Below are positions 11,096-19,538 of a DNA stretch of 64,000 bases, one piece after another. The first letter of the stretch is position 1. Each line of letters begins with the position of its first letter. Below the pieces are notes generated by a model that saw only the letters and a list, made by a program, of their open reading frames with translations, had not been told where the DNA came from and did no database searches. The position numbers and the translations under genes are program-made. The stretch covers positions 208,870 to 272,869 of the forward strand of contig CBDBPI010000002.1 in assembly GCA_965208725.1 (NCBI GenBank). The letters run 5' to 3'. Origin of the DNA: Dehalococcoidia bacterium (GTDB lineage Bacteria > Chloroflexota > Dehalococcoidia > Lucifugimonadales > GCA-2712585).

Positions 11096-12037
11096 TTGAC
11101 AAACAAGCAAGACCTTTCCTTACAACATTGCCTGGAAGCCATCCGCTCCGATGAAGAAGTCCCGGAAGATACCCTGTTGTACCATCTCAGCGACCTTTCA
11201 GCATCGGAGGTCATTGACTTCGCATCTGCTTGGAAGGGCATCGCCTCCGACGGGAAAGCATCCATAATAGACCGCCTCATAGACCTCAGTAACGACAGGA
11301 CTGAACTCGACTTCAGCGCCGTTTTCCGTCGCTGCCTTCGGGACGACGAAGAGGGAGTCCGGCAGCGGGCCATCGAAGGACTCTGGGAGCACGAGGAGAG
11401 GCGGCTCATTTCACCCCTTTGCGACCGGCTTGCCAACGACCCTTCGTCATCCGTCCGCGCCGCCGCCGCCGTGGCCCTTGGCAAATTTGCCGAGCTAGCC
11501 CAGCAAGGCAAGCTGCTTCCAAAGGACGGCCCAATCATCGAAAAGTGTCTGCTGACAGCCCTTCAGGACGAAGCGGAAGAGATGTCTGTCCGCCGCCGCG
11601 CGCTAGAGTCTGCCGCCGCGCTGAACTCTCCCAAAGTGGACGACTACATACACTGGGCCTACGCCAGCGACGACATTGCTATGAAGGGCAGCGCCCTCTA
11701 CGCCATGGGCCGCACCGGAGAGCTCCGATGGCTGGAGTGTCTGGCGAAGGAGACCGGGAATCCCAGTCCACCCCTTCGGTTCGAAGCCGCTAACGCCTGC
11801 GCCCAGCTGGAAGAGGAAGACGCTGTGCCCCACCTGATACCCCTGATGGACGACGACGACTTGCAGGTGCAGCTTTCGGCAATCAGGGCCGTGGGAACCA
11901 TCGGCGGCCCGCTGGCGAAGAAAGCCCTACGCAAATGCATCAAAGACGGAGACCCTGCCGTGGAAGACGCCGCCCGCGAGTCCCTGGAAATGGTGGAAGC
12001 CATGGAGGACGTCTACAGCTTCCACTACCTACGCTAA
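11096..12037 (+). CDS. HEAT-repeat protein
   Basis: Repeated ...VR..A..ALG... helical repeats. The ORF is open from 11000, but the region upstream of 11092 overlaps pmbA. First plausible start is the TTG at 11096, with no internal Met for more than 150 codons. Confidence 0.6.
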   Translation: MTNKQDLSLQHCLEAIRSDEEVPEDTLLYHLSDLSASEVIDFASAWKGIASDGKASIIDRLIDLSNDRTELDFSAVFRRCLRDDEEGVRQRAIEGLWEHEERRLISPLCDRLANDPSSSVRAAAAVALGKFAELAQQGKLLPKDGPIIEKCLLTALQDEAEEMSVRRRALESAAALNSPKVDDYIHWAYASDDIAMKGSALYAMGRTGELRWLECLAKETGNPSPPLRFEAANACAQLEEEDAVPHLIPLMDDDDLQVQLSAIRAVGTIGGPLAKKALRKCIKDGDPAVEDAARESLEMVEAMEDVYSFHYLR

Positions 12038-12046
12038 CTCCCCGCT

Positions 12047-13075
12047 CTAATAGAACACGTCCGTCAGCGCGTACAACTCCATGTCCAACTCGTGCATCTT
12101 CCCCAGAATCTCCTGCAGATTCGTAGTCGTGATTTGCCCACCCTGCAAGCCGACCATCACGCCGAAATTCCCCGCCTGGACCTGATTCACCGCTTCCACT
12201 CCCAGCCTCGTCGCCAGCACCCTGTCAAAGGCCGAAGGGCTGCCTCCCCGCTGCAGATGGCCCAGCACTACCTCCCGCGTCTCGAATCCGGTGCGGGCCT
12301 CCAGTTCCACGGCCAGCCGGTGTCCGATGCCCCCCAGCCGCACGTGTCCGAACTCGTCCAGCTGGTCGCTGCTGGTCACCTCCGCTCCCCAGTCGGCGCA
12401 TTTCGCGCCCTCCGACACCACCACAAGGCTGAACATCTTCCCAAGTTCTTCGTGACGCCTCCTGATTCGTTGCAGCAGGTCCGTCAACGAGAAGGGTTGC
12501 TCGGGTATCAACACCGCGTGCGCCGCTCCCGCAAGACCCCCAACCGTGGCGAGCCATCCCGCGTGCCTGCCCATCACCTCCACCACCATAATCCTGTCGT
12601 GGGCCTCCGCCGTCGGATGCAGCTTGTCCAGCGAGTCCCTGACCACCTCCACGGCCGTATCGAAACCGATGCAATACTCGGTGCCGTAAAGGTCATTGTC
12701 TATGGTCTTAGGCACCCCCACCAGATTCACGCCCTCCCCCGACAGCCGCGCCGCTACACCCAGCGTATCCTCGCCGCCGATGGGCACCATCGCGTCCACC
12801 CCAAGCTTCGCCAGCTGCCTCTTCACCGTTGCCGGACCATCCTCCCGCGTATAGGGGTTGGTGCGCGAGGAACCCAGAATCGTCCCGGCCCGCGGGAGAA
12901 TCCCCGTGACTGCGGGTATGTCCAGAGGCATCCATGAACCCGTCAGGGCCCCCAGCCACCCGTTGCGAAATCCTATGACCTCTATCCCCTCCGCCACTGA
13001 CTTCCTGGTAATGGCGCGGATGGCCGCATTCAAGCCGGGGGCGTCGCCCCCTCCCGTCAAAACTCCGATACGCAT
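12047..13075 (-). CDS. pfkA: 6-phosphofructokinase (ATP- or PPi-dependent)
   Basis: MRIGVLTGGGDAPGLNAAIRAI N-terminus. The ATG at 13075 is preceded by GGGGAGG. Confidence 0.9.
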   Translation of the reverse strand: MRIGVLTGGGDAPGLNAAIRAITRKSVAEGIEVIGFRNGWLGALTGSWMPLDIPAVTGILPRAGTILGSSRTNPYTREDGPATVKRQLAKLGVDAMVPIGGEDTLGVAARLSGEGVNLVGVPKTIDNDLYGTEYCIGFDTAVEVVRDSLDKLHPTAEAHDRIMVVEVMGRHAGWLATVGGLAGAAHAVLIPEQPFSLTDLLQRIRRRHEELGKMFSLVVVSEGAKCADWGAEVTSSDQLDEFGHVRLGGIGHRLAVELEARTGFETREVVLGHLQRGGSPSAFDRVLATRLGVEAVNQVQAGNFGVMVGLQGGQITTTNLQEILGKMHELDMELYALTDVFY

Positions 13076-13195
13076 GGCAGACCTCCCCGGAGGGCGTTGA
13101 AGTTGGAACAATCAGACTGCGCCCTACACCCTCGATGATAGGCGATTCTGCCCGGAAGATTCCAGACAGATTGCATCGAGGATACCCTGGGAATT

Positions 13196-13834
13196 TCAGT
13201 CGGTGATGACTTCCACCCGCAGGTTTTGGCCTAAGGCCTTGAGTGCCTTCTGCACAAGGCTCACGTGGGAGCGGTGATCCGGGTTCGTAAGTTTTCTCAC
13301 GGCGGACTCGCTGACTCCCAGCCTCCGGGCCAGCTCAACCTTGGTTATGCGCTGCTGCTTCATGGCTGCGTAGAGTCCCAGCTTTGCAGCGACAACCACG
13401 GGCACAGACACCAACCGTTGGTCGCCTGCCACAGCACTGGGTGTCGGAATGTCCCACTTCTCGTGCACGTATCCCGCCAGGGCTGTGGCAAGGGCGTCTT
13501 CGGCCATCGTCATCGCATCGTCCCGGTCATTAGCTCCTGTAATTGCTTCCGGTATGTCAGGGAACGTGGCCACGAAACCACCGTCATCGTCCCGGGTTAA
13601 CTGGCATGGATAGGCGTAAATCATGGCTCGAAACTCCCTTCTGTCAATATCCAACTGACGCAGCATAGCTGCTAATAGTCCCTTACCCAGCTCGCCCCGC
13701 TTTATTGTAGTGAATCGCACGCCAAGGTAGATCCTACCGTGGCTCCCTTTCCCCCACGCCGGATCGAAGCGGAAGCATTGTCCTGTCTTACGAGCGTAGG
13801 ATCTGATTCGTCTAAGGAATTCTCGGCCAGTCAA
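13196..13834 (-). CDS. hicAB: HicA toxin domain and HicB antitoxin (HicB-N + XRE HTH) in one reading frame
   Basis: Residues 1-68 carry the HicA/YcfA pattern (...WGKGSHGRIYLG...LRQLDI). Residues 71-212 carry the HicB N-domain (MIYAYPCQLTRDDDGGFVATFPDIPEAITGA) plus HTH (ITKVELARRLGVSESAVRKL). There is no stop between them. Confidence 0.75.
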   Translation of the reverse strand: MTGREFLRRIRSYARKTGQCFRFDPAWGKGSHGRIYLGVRFTTIKRGELGKGLLAAMLRQLDIDRREFRAMIYAYPCQLTRDDDGGFVATFPDIPEAITGANDRDDAMTMAEDALATALAGYVHEKWDIPTPSAVAGDQRLVSVPVVVAAKLGLYAAMKQQRITKVELARRLGVSESAVRKLTNPDHRSHVSLVQKALKALGQNLRVEVITD

Positions 13835-14005
13835 AAGAGATTATCGCACCTTTTGGTGCGTTTAACAAGATAGAACATGAGTCACGATAGTGTATCATTG
13901 ATGTTGCCCCTGTCAATCTCTTTGTTGACCGTCGGCATCCCCCTTGGTAGTATGAGCAACAACCCCGACCCGGCTATTCCCACCCGCCACCGCAGGAGAA
14001 AAACC

Positions 14006-14512
14006 ATGGAGCAGCAGGAAACTGTCCTTCACCCCCACGCCATCATCTCGGAGCTCAGGAAGAACGACGTCACCCACATAGTGTGGCTCCCAGACAGCGA
14101 GACCAACTTCATGTACGAGCAGCTCATGGCGGACCCGACCCTTGAGCTCGTCCCCGTCTCCAGGGAGGGCGAGACCATGGCCATCGCCGCCGGTCTCTGG
14201 GTAGGAGGAAAGAAACCCGTCGCCCTCATCCAGAACACCGGCATCTTCGAGTCCGGCGACTCCATCCGCGGCCTGGGGCTAGACGTCGACCAGCCCCTGG
14301 TGATGCTCATCGGCTATCGCGGCTGGGACCGGCACGGGATCACCCGCGACTCCGCCGCCAAGTACACCGAGCACATCATCCACGCCTGGGGCATTAACTT
14401 TTACCTGGTGGAAACGGATGACGACGCTTATTTGATTTCCAGAGCTATGAACGAGGCCAAGCGGGATTCCAAGCCCGTCGCCGTCCTCGTCGGCACCGAG
14501 TTCGGCGCCTAA
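14006..14512 (+). CDS. comD: sulfopyruvate/phosphonopyruvate decarboxylase alpha-like subunit (TPP enzyme PYR domain)
   Basis: ATG at 14006 after AGGAG. The VTHIVWLPDSETN...PVSREGETMAIAAGLW...ALIQNTG pattern is typical of ComD-like proteins. Confidence 0.7.
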   Translation: MEQQETVLHPHAIISELRKNDVTHIVWLPDSETNFMYEQLMADPTLELVPVSREGETMAIAAGLWVGGKKPVALIQNTGIFESGDSIRGLGLDVDQPLVMLIGYRGWDRHGITRDSAAKYTEHIIHAWGINFYLVETDDDAYLISRAMNEAKRDSKPVAVLVGTEFGA

Positions 14513-14525
14513 ACCCCGTCCACAT

Positions 14526-14558
14526 GTCATTCTGAGGAGCGAAGCGACGAAGAATCTC
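14526..14558 (+). repeat. family-C GTCATTC hairpin repeat variant
   Basis: gtcattctgaggagcgaagcgacgaagaatctc between the comD-like and comE-like genes. GTCATTC head, AGAATC closing arm. Confidence 0.55.
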
Positions 14559-14681
14559 GTTGGCGAAAGAGCAATCTGCCAATAGGAAAATGTCTGGGAG
14601 CTTGACCACTAAGTCCCTTTGGCGCAGACCCTGACCAACGCCGAATTTGGCCTCCGAGGGAAAGAAAAAGGGAAAAAAGAA

Positions 14682-15269
14682 ATGATTGATAATCTGGAAG
14701 CCTGCCGCGTAATTGAGCAGAATCGGAACGATGCCATAGTCGTCACCACCATGGGCTCCGGCAACCCCCGCTTCGGCTGGCCCATCGTCTCCAGGAATGA
14801 AGCAATGGATGTGCCCGTGGGCGGCGCCATGGGAAAGGCCTCCTCCTTTGCCCTGGGCCTCGCCCTCGCCCAGCCCGATCGAAGCGTCCTGATACTCGAC
14901 GGCGACGGCAGCCTCGTTATGAACCTCGGCACCCTCACTACCATCAGCGAAAGAGCCCCCGCCAACCTCTACCACTTCGTCTTCGACAACGGCTGTTACG
15001 CCGTCACCGGCGGCCAGCCCATCCCCGCCGACGGCAAGGTCAGCTTCAAGGAGATGGCGTCCGGAGCCGGTTACGCCGCCGCCTACGAGTTCGACGACCT
15101 GGAAGACTTGGCCAGCAGCGTGGGCGACATTCTCCAGAAGAAGGGGCCAATCCTCGTAAACCTCAAGATTACCCCGGAGATAGAAAACACCCCCATCGGC
15201 CAGCGGCCCAGGCCCAAGCGAAACACCTACGACGCGGTCCAGGAACTGCGGCAGGCCCTGTCCGACTAA
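14682..15269 (+). CDS. comE: sulfopyruvate/phosphonopyruvate decarboxylase beta-like subunit (TPP-binding PP domain)
   Basis: Intact TPP/Mg motif LDGDGSLVMN...FDNG. I prefer the ATG at 14682 (MIDNLEA); the ORF is open from 14619. Confidence 0.7.
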   Translation: MIDNLEACRVIEQNRNDAIVVTTMGSGNPRFGWPIVSRNEAMDVPVGGAMGKASSFALGLALAQPDRSVLILDGDGSLVMNLGTLTTISERAPANLYHFVFDNGCYAVTGGQPIPADGKVSFKEMASGAGYAAAYEFDDLEDLASSVGDILQKKGPILVNLKITPEIENTPIGQRPRPKRNTYDAVQELRQALSD

Positions 15270-15284
15270 CACCGCCTAGCCCTC

Positions 15285-15479
15285 ATGCTCAAGTCCGTGC
15301 TGAACGCCGTCTTTGCCCCTCTTTTGGGGATTCTGACCATGGGAGCGGGCTTCTATCTGCTCTACTTGGCATTCCTTGACGGACGACCCCTCCCCGGCTT
15401 CCTCGGCGGCATTCTCATCCTCCTCGGGGCGTGGCTCATGGCGCGGTCCCGCCGCGGCCCCGACGTCCCAACCCCTTGA
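15285..15479 (+). CDS. small two-TM membrane protein
   Basis: 64 aa with two hydrophobic segments. Its stop TGA overlaps the TTG of the next gene. Confidence 0.45.
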   Translation: MLKSVLNAVFAPLLGILTMGAGFYLLYLAFLDGRPLPGFLGGILILLGAWLMARSRRGPDVPTP

Positions 15480-16042
15480 TTCCCGCCCCTGAAGCCGCCC
15501 GGCTGATCAGTAGCCGTCGTCGCGACGCCGTAGTCGTTTCCACCTCCACCGCCCTACGGCACTGGAGCGCTCTCTCTTCCCGCAGGGATCTCGACGTGGA
15601 CCTGACCGACTGCCAGGACAAGGCCGCCGACGTTGCTCTCGGAGTCTCCCTCGCCCGGCCCGACGCCAAAGTTCTCATCCTGGACACCGACGCCACTCTC
15701 CGTACCAACCCCGGCGCTCTCCTCACCACCGCCGCTTCCGCGCCCTCCAACCTCGTCCACTTCCTTCTGGAAGACGCAGGCCATCGCTCCACCGGCGGCG
15801 CTCCTATTCCCGGCATCAGCAACACCAACTTCGCCGCCCTGGCGGAAGAGGCGGGTTATTCATCAGTGCACCGCATCGACGACCTGGAAGACCTTGCCCT
15901 ATCCCTTGAAGACATCCTCATGGAAACGGGCCCCGTCTTCGTCTCGATCAAGGTCATCCATCACGCCGACCCTCCCCCCTTCTCGGCCCGCACAATGGCC
16001 GAATCCATGGCCGATGTGCAGAAAGCCCTCGCCGCCCGCTAG
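15476..16042 (+). CDS. ComE-like TPP-domain paralogue with degenerate cofactor motif
   Basis: Aligns by eye to the 14682 gene, but GDG is replaced by TDA (LDTDATLRTN) and FDNG by LEDAG. TTG start in a TTGA overlap at 15476-15479. Confidence 0.55.
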   Translation: MIPAPEAARLISSRRRDAVVVSTSTALRHWSALSSRRDLDVDLTDCQDKAADVALGVSLARPDAKVLILDTDATLRTNPGALLTTAASAPSNLVHFLLEDAGHRSTGGAPIPGISNTNFAALAEEAGYSSVHRIDDLEDLALSLEDILMETGPVFVSIKVIHHADPPPFSARTMAESMADVQKALAAR

Positions 16043-16060
16043 CCCCCTCCTCTAAACTCG

Positions 16061-16100
16061 TTCCCCCTGCGATGGGGGAAGGTTGGGGTGGGGGTGGTTC
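16061..16100 (+). repeat. family-A repeat, copy 2 (diverged)
   Basis: ttccccctgcgatgggggaaggttggggtgggggtggttc. Confidence 0.75.
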
Positions 16101-16186
16101 TCTTGTGCCCGCCCATTCCCCTCGGTTTACGCTGAAATGTGTTAGCATTGAAGTAACCAATGGATTTTCTCTGCGGGGGGTCTGCC

Positions 16187-16639
16187 ATGGAATGTCCACG
16201 CTGCAAGGGCTACACACTGGTGATAAAAAACCACATGGGCATAGAGGTGGACGCATGTCGAAACTGTGACGGCATGTGGCTGGACTACCACGAGTTGGAC
16301 GAACTCGAGGATCGGGTGTTGTCCGACGACTCCGTCAAGGGCAGCATGGTCTACGCCGAGCGGGCCAGCGACATCACCTGCCCCAAGTGCGGTAAACGGA
16401 TGACCACCTTCAACTACCGCGCCTACGACCTGCCTATCGACTTCTGCGTGGACGGCCACGGCTTCTGGCTTGACGCCGGTGAGGAGAAGCGCGTGCTGGA
16501 GCTAATGAAGAAGCGCATCAAGGACCTCAAGCGCGTCCACTCTGCCGAGAGCGAGTGGGCCGGTTTCCTGCAGGGTCTTGCCTCCGGCAAGTCATCTTCC
16601 GGCGGCCTCATGGGCAAAATCAAGGGCCTGCTCGAATAG
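16187..16639 (+). CDS. TFIIB-type zinc-ribbon domain protein (two CxxC...CxxC ribbons)
   Basis: MECPRCKG...CRNCDGMWLD and CPKCGK...FCVDGHGFWLD repeats. An alternative ATG is at 16160. Confidence 0.6.
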   Translation: MECPRCKGYTLVIKNHMGIEVDACRNCDGMWLDYHELDELEDRVLSDDSVKGSMVYAERASDITCPKCGKRMTTFNYRAYDLPIDFCVDGHGFWLDAGEEKRVLELMKKRIKDLKRVHSAESEWAGFLQGLASGKSSSGGLMGKIKGLLE

Positions 16640-16660
16640 CCCCCCTCGACCCACACCACC

Positions 16661-16682
16661 ATTCCCACGAAAGCGGGAATCC
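16661..16682 (+). repeat. family-C hairpin repeat
   Basis: attcccacgaaagcgggaatcc (ATTCCC...GGGAAT stem), immediately 5' of family-A copy 3. Confidence 0.6.
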
Positions 16683-16690
16683 ATCTTCTC

Positions 16691-16732
16691 CCTTCCCCCT
16701 TGACGGGGGAAGGTTAGGATGGGGGTGAAATT
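16691..16732 (+). repeat. family-A repeat, copy 3
   Basis: ccttcccccttgacgggggaaggttaggatgggggtgaaatt. Confidence 0.85.
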
Positions 16733-16745
16733 CCCACATTTCCTC

Positions 16746-17432
16746 TTACGCCTCCCCCACCAACTCCCGCGCCTTTCTGAACACCTCGTCAAACATCTCC
16801 TGTGTTAGCCGCCCCGTCTGCGTGTTCTGCTGGCTCGGATGATAGGAGCACAACAGAAGCCGTCCATCCGGCATCTTATGTACGACTCCGTGCCCGAACT
16901 TGGGTCGCGGCGAAGGCAACGAATGCCCCTGTTCCCGCAGCAGCCGCAAGTATGCGTCGAAGGCTATCCGCCCCAGCGCCACCACCACCCGCACGTTGGA
17001 CAGCAACTCCAGTTCCCGCAGCAGGTACGGCTGGCAGTTCGCCAGCTCCTCTCGCAGTGGCTTGTTCTGCGGCGGCGCACACCGGAGGGCTGCCGTGATG
17101 TACGCTCCCTTCAACGACTGCCCGTCGTCCCGGTGCGTTGACGTGGGCTGACTCGCGAACCCGAACCGGTGCAGCGTGCCGAATACCCAGTCGCCGCTCC
17201 GGTCTCCCGTGAACATCCGCCCGGTGCGGTTGCCGCCGTGGGCCGCGGGCGCAAGCCCCAGCAGTAGCACCTCCGCCTCAGGGTCGCCGAAGGCAGGCAG
17301 CGGCCTCCCCCAATACTCCCAGTCCATGTACATCCGGCGCTTCTTCCGCGCCACCTCCTGCCGGTACTCCGTCAGCCTCGGACAGAGCGTGCAGTCGATT
17401 ATCTTCCGTTGCAGCTTCTCTATTTCTGTCAT
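16746..17432 (-). CDS. uracil-DNA glycosylase superfamily protein (family 4/5 type)
   Basis: 228 aa. CTLCPRL N-terminus and GLAPAAHGGNRTGRMFTGD motif. The GLAPA variant suggests a family 5/UdgB-like enzyme. Confidence 0.8.
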   Translation of the reverse strand: MTEIEKLQRKIIDCTLCPRLTEYRQEVARKKRRMYMDWEYWGRPLPAFGDPEAEVLLLGLAPAAHGGNRTGRMFTGDRSGDWVFGTLHRFGFASQPTSTHRDDGQSLKGAYITAALRCAPPQNKPLREELANCQPYLLRELELLSNVRVVVALGRIAFDAYLRLLREQGHSLPSPRPKFGHGVVHKMPDGRLLLCSYHPSQQNTQTGRLTQEMFDEVFRKARELVGEA

Positions 17433-17498
17433 CGCATTCGCGATTGACTATACTTGCCCGTGAAACCCAAGACAATCAATTGGAGGAACAACACGACC

Positions 17499-17870
17499 AT
17501 GCAGGAGAAAAAAGAATACCTGGAGGAGATGGGACGAAAGCGGGGCTACATCCTGGAGATGCACCGCATTATGGCCGCCGTCGACTTCGACTGGGTGAAG
17601 AAGTACGACCCCTTCCTCGAGTACACCTACACCAGCCAGCGCCTTCTGGACAGGAAGACCAAGGAGCTGCTGCAGATTGCCGTCGAGGCCGCCCTTCGGG
17701 CCGACGTGGAGCAGATTCAGGCCCATGTTGAAGTAGCGCTGAAGGAAGGCGCGTCGCCCGAGGAGATTCTGGAAGCCCTGCAGACCGTCGTCATGCCCAT
17801 GGGGATGCTCGCCTTCCGTAGGGGGTTGCAGGCCTGGGCGGCGGCGGTAAAGCCGAAAATGGTCGAGTAA
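17499..17870 (+). CDS. carboxymuconolactone decarboxylase (AhpD-like) family protein
   Basis: MQEKKEYLEEM... with LDRKTKELLQIAV..A and ...GASPEEILEAL helices typical of the CMD domain. No CxxC. Confidence 0.65.
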   Translation: MQEKKEYLEEMGRKRGYILEMHRIMAAVDFDWVKKYDPFLEYTYTSQRLLDRKTKELLQIAVEAALRADVEQIQAHVEVALKEGASPEEILEALQTVVMPMGMLAFRRGLQAWAAAVKPKMVE

Positions 17871-17878
17871 CTGCCCTA

Positions 17879-18115
17879 TTATGTCCTGAGCGTCCCCACC
17901 CGCCTTAGGCAATGCCCACATCCTGCCACGTTACGAGCGGGGGTATTCAATGCTTTCTCGATGGCGGCATTCGATGTTGTGAATGGCCCATGCCATCGAT
18001 TGTTGGGAAGTCGTGTTTCCTTTCGTCCCTTTCCGTTGTTGCAATGAGGACACTCCCCAAGGTGAATCCGTGCCCGCTTCGTAACATCATCCTCGTACAG
18101 GTACCAGGCTTGCAT
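17879..18115 (-). CDS. free-standing CxxC...CxxC small domain protein (paralogue of the C-terminal domain of the upstream gene)
   Basis: 78 aa from the ATG at 18115: MQAWYLYEDDVTKRARIHLGECPHCNNGKG...RWHGPFTTSNAAIEKAL...AGCGHCLRRVGTLRT. About half the residues are identical to residues ~368-442 of the 18136..19470 product. Confidence 0.55.
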   Translation of the reverse strand: MQAWYLYEDDVTKRARIHLGECPHCNNGKGRKETRLPNNRWHGPFTTSNAAIEKALNTPARNVAGCGHCLRRVGTLRT

Positions 18116-18135
18116 ATCCCAGCTCGTTCTTCGTG

Positions 18136-19470
18136 TTAGTTTCGCTGACGTAGCGTTCCTATCACCCGCTGGCAAACCCCGCATCCCGCCAAGTCTTCGG
18201 CGCGGGTCTGCAACGCCTGCTCGATGGCCGCATCCGCAGTCGTGAAGGGTCCGTACCAGCGACCCGTCGGCGCCGTGGAATCGTGAAGCCCTTGCCCGTC
18301 GTTGCAGAATGAGCAACTGGCCACGTGAATGCGTCCCCGTCGCCTTGGTAGATTCTCGTACACCCACCATGTCCTCGGAACGCCATTGTTCAGTCCATTA
18401 AGGGCCTGCAGTACCGCCTCCCCCACCTCCTCCGTGGAAGCGCGACCTCCCAGGTCGGGCGTGAGCGCGTCCCCGTCTTCCAGCGTCTGCACCACCGCCG
18501 ATTCCAGGGCGTCAGCAGCCTCTTCCTGTCCCAGATGCCGCACCATCATTGCGCCTGAGAGTATCGCCGCCAACGGATTGGCCAACCCCTTGCCCTTGAT
18601 GTCCGGCGCACTGCCGTGGACCGGCTCGAACATGGACGGAAAACGCCGCTCCGGGTCTATGTTGCCGCTGGACGCCAGCCCCATGCTGCCCGTAATCATT
18701 GCGGCGATGTCCGTGAGGATGTCGCCGAACAAGTTGCTCGCCACCACCACGTCGAAGTCCTCCGGCCGGCGGATGAAGTCCATGCAGGCGGCGTCCACCA
18801 GCAGCGACTCCGTGGCCACGTCCGGAAACTCCGCCGACACTTCCTCGAATACCCTGTCCCACAGCACCATGCCGTAGCCCATGGCGTTGGACTTCGTGAC
18901 TGACGTCACCTTCCTCCGTCTGTCCGGTCGTCGGGCCAGTTCGAAGGCGAACCGGATTACCCGCTCGCAGCCGTGGCGGGTGAACACCGACGTCTGGGCC
19001 GCCATCTCCTGGGGCGTCCCCTGATAGTGGAAGCCGCCCACGTTGGCGTATTCCCCCTCCGTGTTCTCCCGGATCACCACCATGTCGATGTCCCGGGCCT
19101 TCTTGCCGTTAAGCGGCGACCTCACCCCGGGATACAGGAGGCCGGGCCTCATGCACACGTACTGGTCGAACCCGCGACGAATGGGCAGCAGCAGGTTGTT
19201 CAGCGTCACGTGGTCGTGTATGTCGGGATGCCCCACCGCGCCGAAGTAGATGGCGTCGAAGGGTAGAAGCGTCTCCAACCCGTCCTCCGGCATCATCCGC
19301 CCGTGCTTGAAGTAATAGTCGGAACCCCAGGGCAGGCTCTTGAACTTCCAGCCGAAGTCGAAACGCCGCCCCAGCCCCTTCAGGACGCGCAGACCCTGGT
19401 CGATGACCTCCGAGCCGATGCCGTCACCGGGAATGACTGCTACGCGATAAGTGGTCAACAAATGCTCCAA
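18136..19470 (-). CDS. tartrate dehydrogenase/decarboxylase-like isocitrate/isopropylmalate dehydrogenase family enzyme with C-terminal CxxC...CxxC domain
   Basis: 444 aa. VIPGDGIG, WGSDYYFKHGRMMP, ENTEGEY, NLFGDILTD and HGSAPDI motifs, then an extra ~78-aa C-terminal domain. Confidence 0.85.
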   Translation of the reverse strand: MEHLLTTYRVAVIPGDGIGSEVIDQGLRVLKGLGRRFDFGWKFKSLPWGSDYYFKHGRMMPEDGLETLLPFDAIYFGAVGHPDIHDHVTLNNLLLPIRRGFDQYVCMRPGLLYPGVRSPLNGKKARDIDMVVIRENTEGEYANVGGFHYQGTPQEMAAQTSVFTRHGCERVIRFAFELARRPDRRRKVTSVTKSNAMGYGMVLWDRVFEEVSAEFPDVATESLLVDAACMDFIRRPEDFDVVVASNLFGDILTDIAAMITGSMGLASSGNIDPERRFPSMFEPVHGSAPDIKGKGLANPLAAILSGAMMVRHLGQEEAADALESAVVQTLEDGDALTPDLGGRASTEEVGEAVLQALNGLNNGVPRTWWVYENLPRRRGRIHVASCSFCNDGQGLHDSTAPTGRWYGPFTTADAAIEQALQTRAEDLAGCGVCQRVIGTLRQRN

Positions 19471-19538
19471 ATATTACGGATAAGAGGTGAGCATGGACGG
19501 CTCCCCGTCCTTGCAACGATTCCGTTAGCCCCGGTTTT

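Noticed and set aside
17499-17870. Whether the AhpD/CMD-like protein is a third selenoprotein. AhpD-like Sec proteins are known.
   Set aside because: The ORF is uninterrupted with normal length. It has no CxxC/UxxC motif and no in-frame TGA.
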